Origin: Carpediemonas membranifera BICM
Taxonomy: Eukaryota; Protista; Fornicata
Assembly (NCBI GenBank): GCA_019828565.1
Contig: JAHDYR010000053.1
Coordinates: 594,214 to 658,213 of the forward strand
Length of the DNA stretch: 64,000 bases
Direction of reading: 5' to 3'
Each line of letters starts with the position of its first letter. Position 1 is the stretch's first letter. Below, one piece after another: positions 62,001-64,000 of the stretch. Below the pieces are notes generated by a model that saw only the letters and a list, made by a program, of their open reading frames with translations, ran no database searches and was not told the origin of the DNA. A program made the position numbers and the translations under genes.

Positions 62001-63642
62001 CAGCGAGTGCGTCTGTGAGCCCTCTCTGGCTCCTGAGGAGGGTAGTCATGTTCCTCTGGGCCTCTAGGCGCTCCATGACGCTGGAGTCGCCCTGGAGAGC
62101 CGAAGAGTACTTCTGAGTGATGAAGGCGAAGTACTGTACGTCGGGCAGCAGCACCCCAGGGGTGCGGCCGGCAGTGAAGACGTCCGATGTCGAGTTGACC
62201 ACGCTGTGCAGGTTATTACCCTTGAAACACGCGATGAGGTGGACAAACGCCATGCATGCGAACGGACTCTGCTTCCACTGGCTCCGTACGAACATAAACA
62301 TCCGCACCGCAGAGTCCACCTCTGCCGCGAGCTGCTCCTTTGCTTCAGCCAGCTGGTCCTTCCATTCTTGGGGCAGCACGTCGTAGTCGATCGTTCCCCC
62401 GTCGGACACTGCACCCTCGTACTCCATGACCGTCAGTGGCAGTCTTCTTTCAATAGAGTCGATCTTATCCTGCAGGTGGCGGGTTCGGCGTATGGGGTGA
62501 CGAAGGGCAATCTCCGCCTGGAACGGCAGGAGGAAGGGCAGGCGGGAGTATCGGGCAAGGAGGGCTCGGGCGTCGGCGTGGGTTGAGTATTGTATTGCCA
62601 GTCGGGCCCTGTAGCGGCGGGATGGGAGCTCGGTGACGTAGTATGAGGCCAGTGGGAGGGCCGTGAGAAGGGCTACGACAACTACGGCGGGGGCGATGGC
62701 TATGGGGTGGACGGCAGCAGCGATCGGGAGGAGGGTGAGTGAGGCTGTGAACGTGCGGGCAATGTTGGCGATCATACTGTAGTATGGGATGAACATGGCG
62801 TATGGGAGGGCGGCCAGGAGCGTGCATACGGCCATGGCGGCGAGGGTACAGTACTTGATAACGTCGCTGCCACCAATAAGGGAGAGGAGCACGAGGGCGG
62901 TCTTGGACAGGACGTATACGGCGTCTACTCGGCCGTGCATGCGGCCAAGGGGGTTTGATGAGTTCATGACGGAGGGGAAGACGAGCAACGCGACAGTGGT
63001 GGCGCATACGACGGTCGTGAGGGCCATGACCGCTGCTGCTGCTGCTGCGAAGTAGCCACCAACCGATGCTGAGCTGAGATACTCTTTGGTGACGAGGACG
63101 AATGCCGACAGGATGGGAACGAAACCACCGGCCAGGAGGAGGACGACCATGAATGTGATGAAACGGACGATCAGCGCGTTGGGTGCCTGTGAGGTCTGGA
63201 TGGCGCGGATGATGAGGAAGCATCCAAGGACAAAGGCGACGAAGACGAGCAAGAGGAGGGCGGCCACGACGGCCACGGCATTGGCGGACAGAGCCATGAT
63301 CATGGGCGAGATGTATACGTAGGAGAAGTACCGCCTGGCTGTGTCGAAGCCGTAGGGGAACACCGCAGTCTCTGGTTGGAGTGGGATTGCCAGGAGTTGG
63401 ATTGTCTCAAGCGAAATAAGAAGCAAAAGAAGGCAGGTGAAGAATGAACCGGAGATACTGCTGCTGGAGAGATATACTAGCTCGAATATGCGGGCTTTGA
63501 ACTGAGCAGTGATCCCCAGGCCGCTGGTAGACGACAAGCCTGAAGACGCCTGTGATAGCGAGCTCTTGGACGTCCCAGAAACACCAGATTCCGCAGAAAT
63601 AGACGGCGCTGTGCTGGAGAGGTCGTCTTCGATCGCCTGCAT
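59095..63642 (-). CDS. TmcB/TmcC (tiny macrocysts)-like multi-pass membrane protein without an obvious PAS domain
   Basis: N-terminal multi-TM block (ETIQLL, HGRVD, PYY..AN), helical 'Y..ML..P..LLRSY..Y' segment, two further TM-flanked extracellular domains. Confidence 0.7.
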   Translation of the reverse strand: MQAIEDDLSSTAPSISAESGVSGTSKSSLSQASSGLSSTSGLGITAQFKARIFELVYLSSSSISGSFFTCLLLLLISLETIQLLAIPLQPETAVFPYGFDTARRYFSYVYISPMIMALSANAVAVVAALLLLVFVAFVLGCFLIIRAIQTSQAPNALIVRFITFMVVLLLAGGFVPILSAFVLVTKEYLSSASVGGYFAAAAAAVMALTTVVCATTVALLVFPSVMNSSNPLGRMHGRVDAVYVLSKTALVLLSLIGGSDVIKYCTLAAMAVCTLLAALPYAMFIPYYSMIANIARTFTASLTLLPIAAAVHPIAIAPAVVVVALLTALPLASYYVTELPSRRYRARLAIQYSTHADARALLARYSRLPFLLPFQAEIALRHPIRRTRHLQDKIDSIERRLPLTVMEYEGAVSDGGTIDYDVLPQEWKDQLAEAKEQLAAEVDSAVRMFMFVRSQWKQSPFACMAFVHLIACFKGNNLHSVVNSTSDVFTAGRTPGVLLPDVQYFAFITQKYSSALQGDSSVMERLEAQRNMTTLLRSQRGLTDALAAFWIQVAAQRAHRISLRRLNGFVSSVQKIQGMMAATEKLYARMLRDPTPRLLRSYIQYVGLVNRHEVVREYINALEGQADELEVVRGNEHGDIRRRRKTPKIAMFDLARRSTSFISLHIRALVSVMLIAALFGSSILMVAIALQMCRFISWQLIISSGVATGIQLLGLGYSTLRSAGSPMTLAAAVQTAGPIWKTMTMELPEDYILTGLGTYKTLLDVYFHESWDDVQDNPYEPFDGVSLALTTEAVNQMVSLATRYVYNLESLLADTEITVTNFVNSIPDSNSTDSLYSFVSRAIYAAESLVYCIKTQLDAGAADPVSDCTADHTDELLGFEHTLATSVIYGLFEVADAVYQKSQLFPVLETAIFTVVFVLFLSLFLFVSVGLYIVPLAKDVSFNAHLVGLFTRLSLTTVDRFILKYEKSHNKRVSIKMRIADREKIAQTHPYATHPLSPITPTRLGASYAMGPDSDDSDDVVDAKSVSRALRVTGPSLGDRPDPVPSFLGDDGEPEAEIVAEVESFDLADGDAELRGNTTLTESTEDSGYSDYDSASDQCHFHPPRGRSPVPGMGASSSGAKLSAEHIQRLQISFSSDSGRKHSGSSLLLQAPSTPTKADSQNPSLTQAAEATRRDSASSLLTPIKQLATVASMVAGADGNPPTSAVAVRINSGSIRVAYALRQVPMLAVWLVSFGVIFIAMTGYALYQTGDITQTASSIFVQYRSLLLLAHLNQACAASTWDDTTAPTSLDAAVGLFDADMVYLTDLIPYLTGLDSDLEIIDSAWDNQDSLTRTLATRLLAVLAQDHWTSGYHQTDIDNVLHSKQCLRIRPDACVDSRTPEARQGLLALAETYMSYAMIAEDEMRAGMIMGSGQTFLNTTAVLDMSGGMFLNQGFLRNRFTTLISTTQTNIMLFFVFFVCLLAVFYFLYFFRAIVRMSRTRRCFDLIFQSVPREQVEPKLVADFLEYFPDDDEMA

Positions 63643-64000
63643 TAGGATTCCAAGATTCTGCAGGACTTTCTACTTCCGACTCCGAGGTAAAGTTGATAGG
63701 GCGAACCAATCAAATATGCGGATACTTGGCCTGGATGTCGTGCATATCCGGCACAGATGCCTACTTTGACATATTCAGCAACCCAAAATTTGTCATAAAT
63801 CTCAGGATTGCTTCCAATATTTGAGAAATCGAGATGATTTTCCAAAATCAATCGGTAGCAATCCAGCAACCCAACAGCGTAGAAACTGAACAACTAGAAA
63901 TGTTTACTTATACATGCGGCATTCCGCCATTTTCCTATTATACAGCCAATCCGTGAGATATTCTCAAATCTACTCACTAATCCAACGCCATCAGCCGACC

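Overview
Gene-dense, intron-poor eukaryotic DNA using the standard genetic code, with about 31 protein-coding genes, short intergenic regions and three 28-32 nt GT-AG introns. Ciliary genes (PACRG, KATNIP/KIAA0556, Fuzzy), the tiny introns, a WGTAAA signal after stop codons and a divergent RCC1-like protein suggest a flagellated metamonad/fornicate protist (Carpediemonas-like; inference, not verified). Housekeeping genes include CWC25, NEK (two copies), a Tul1-like E3 ligase, VPS18, NSA2, AP-3 beta, NOB1, SOF1/DCAF13, RRP12, an OTU deubiquitinase, kinesin-14, a DnaJ protein, GSK3, a KCS elongase and EMC4. The main find is at 49.4-50.5 kb: a Fanzor1/TnpB-like RuvC nuclease ORF with an intact D-E-D triad and Cys4 zinc finger, lacking its N-terminal half. 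It is followed by a strand-specific three-hairpin candidate omega-RNA scaffold and flanked by an exact 26-bp direct repeat. Other finds: an XPD/DinG-family helicase lacking Fe-S cysteines and fused to a candidate caspase-like His-Cys domain; three recent local duplications (whole NEK gene, NSA2 3' end, RRP12 fragment); a recurrent upstream GTGCAGTTTA motif; a divergent E2F/DP-like protein; a bacterial-type SF2 helicase; and a candidate myristoylated micropeptide. All calls are from motif recognition by eye, with no database searches.
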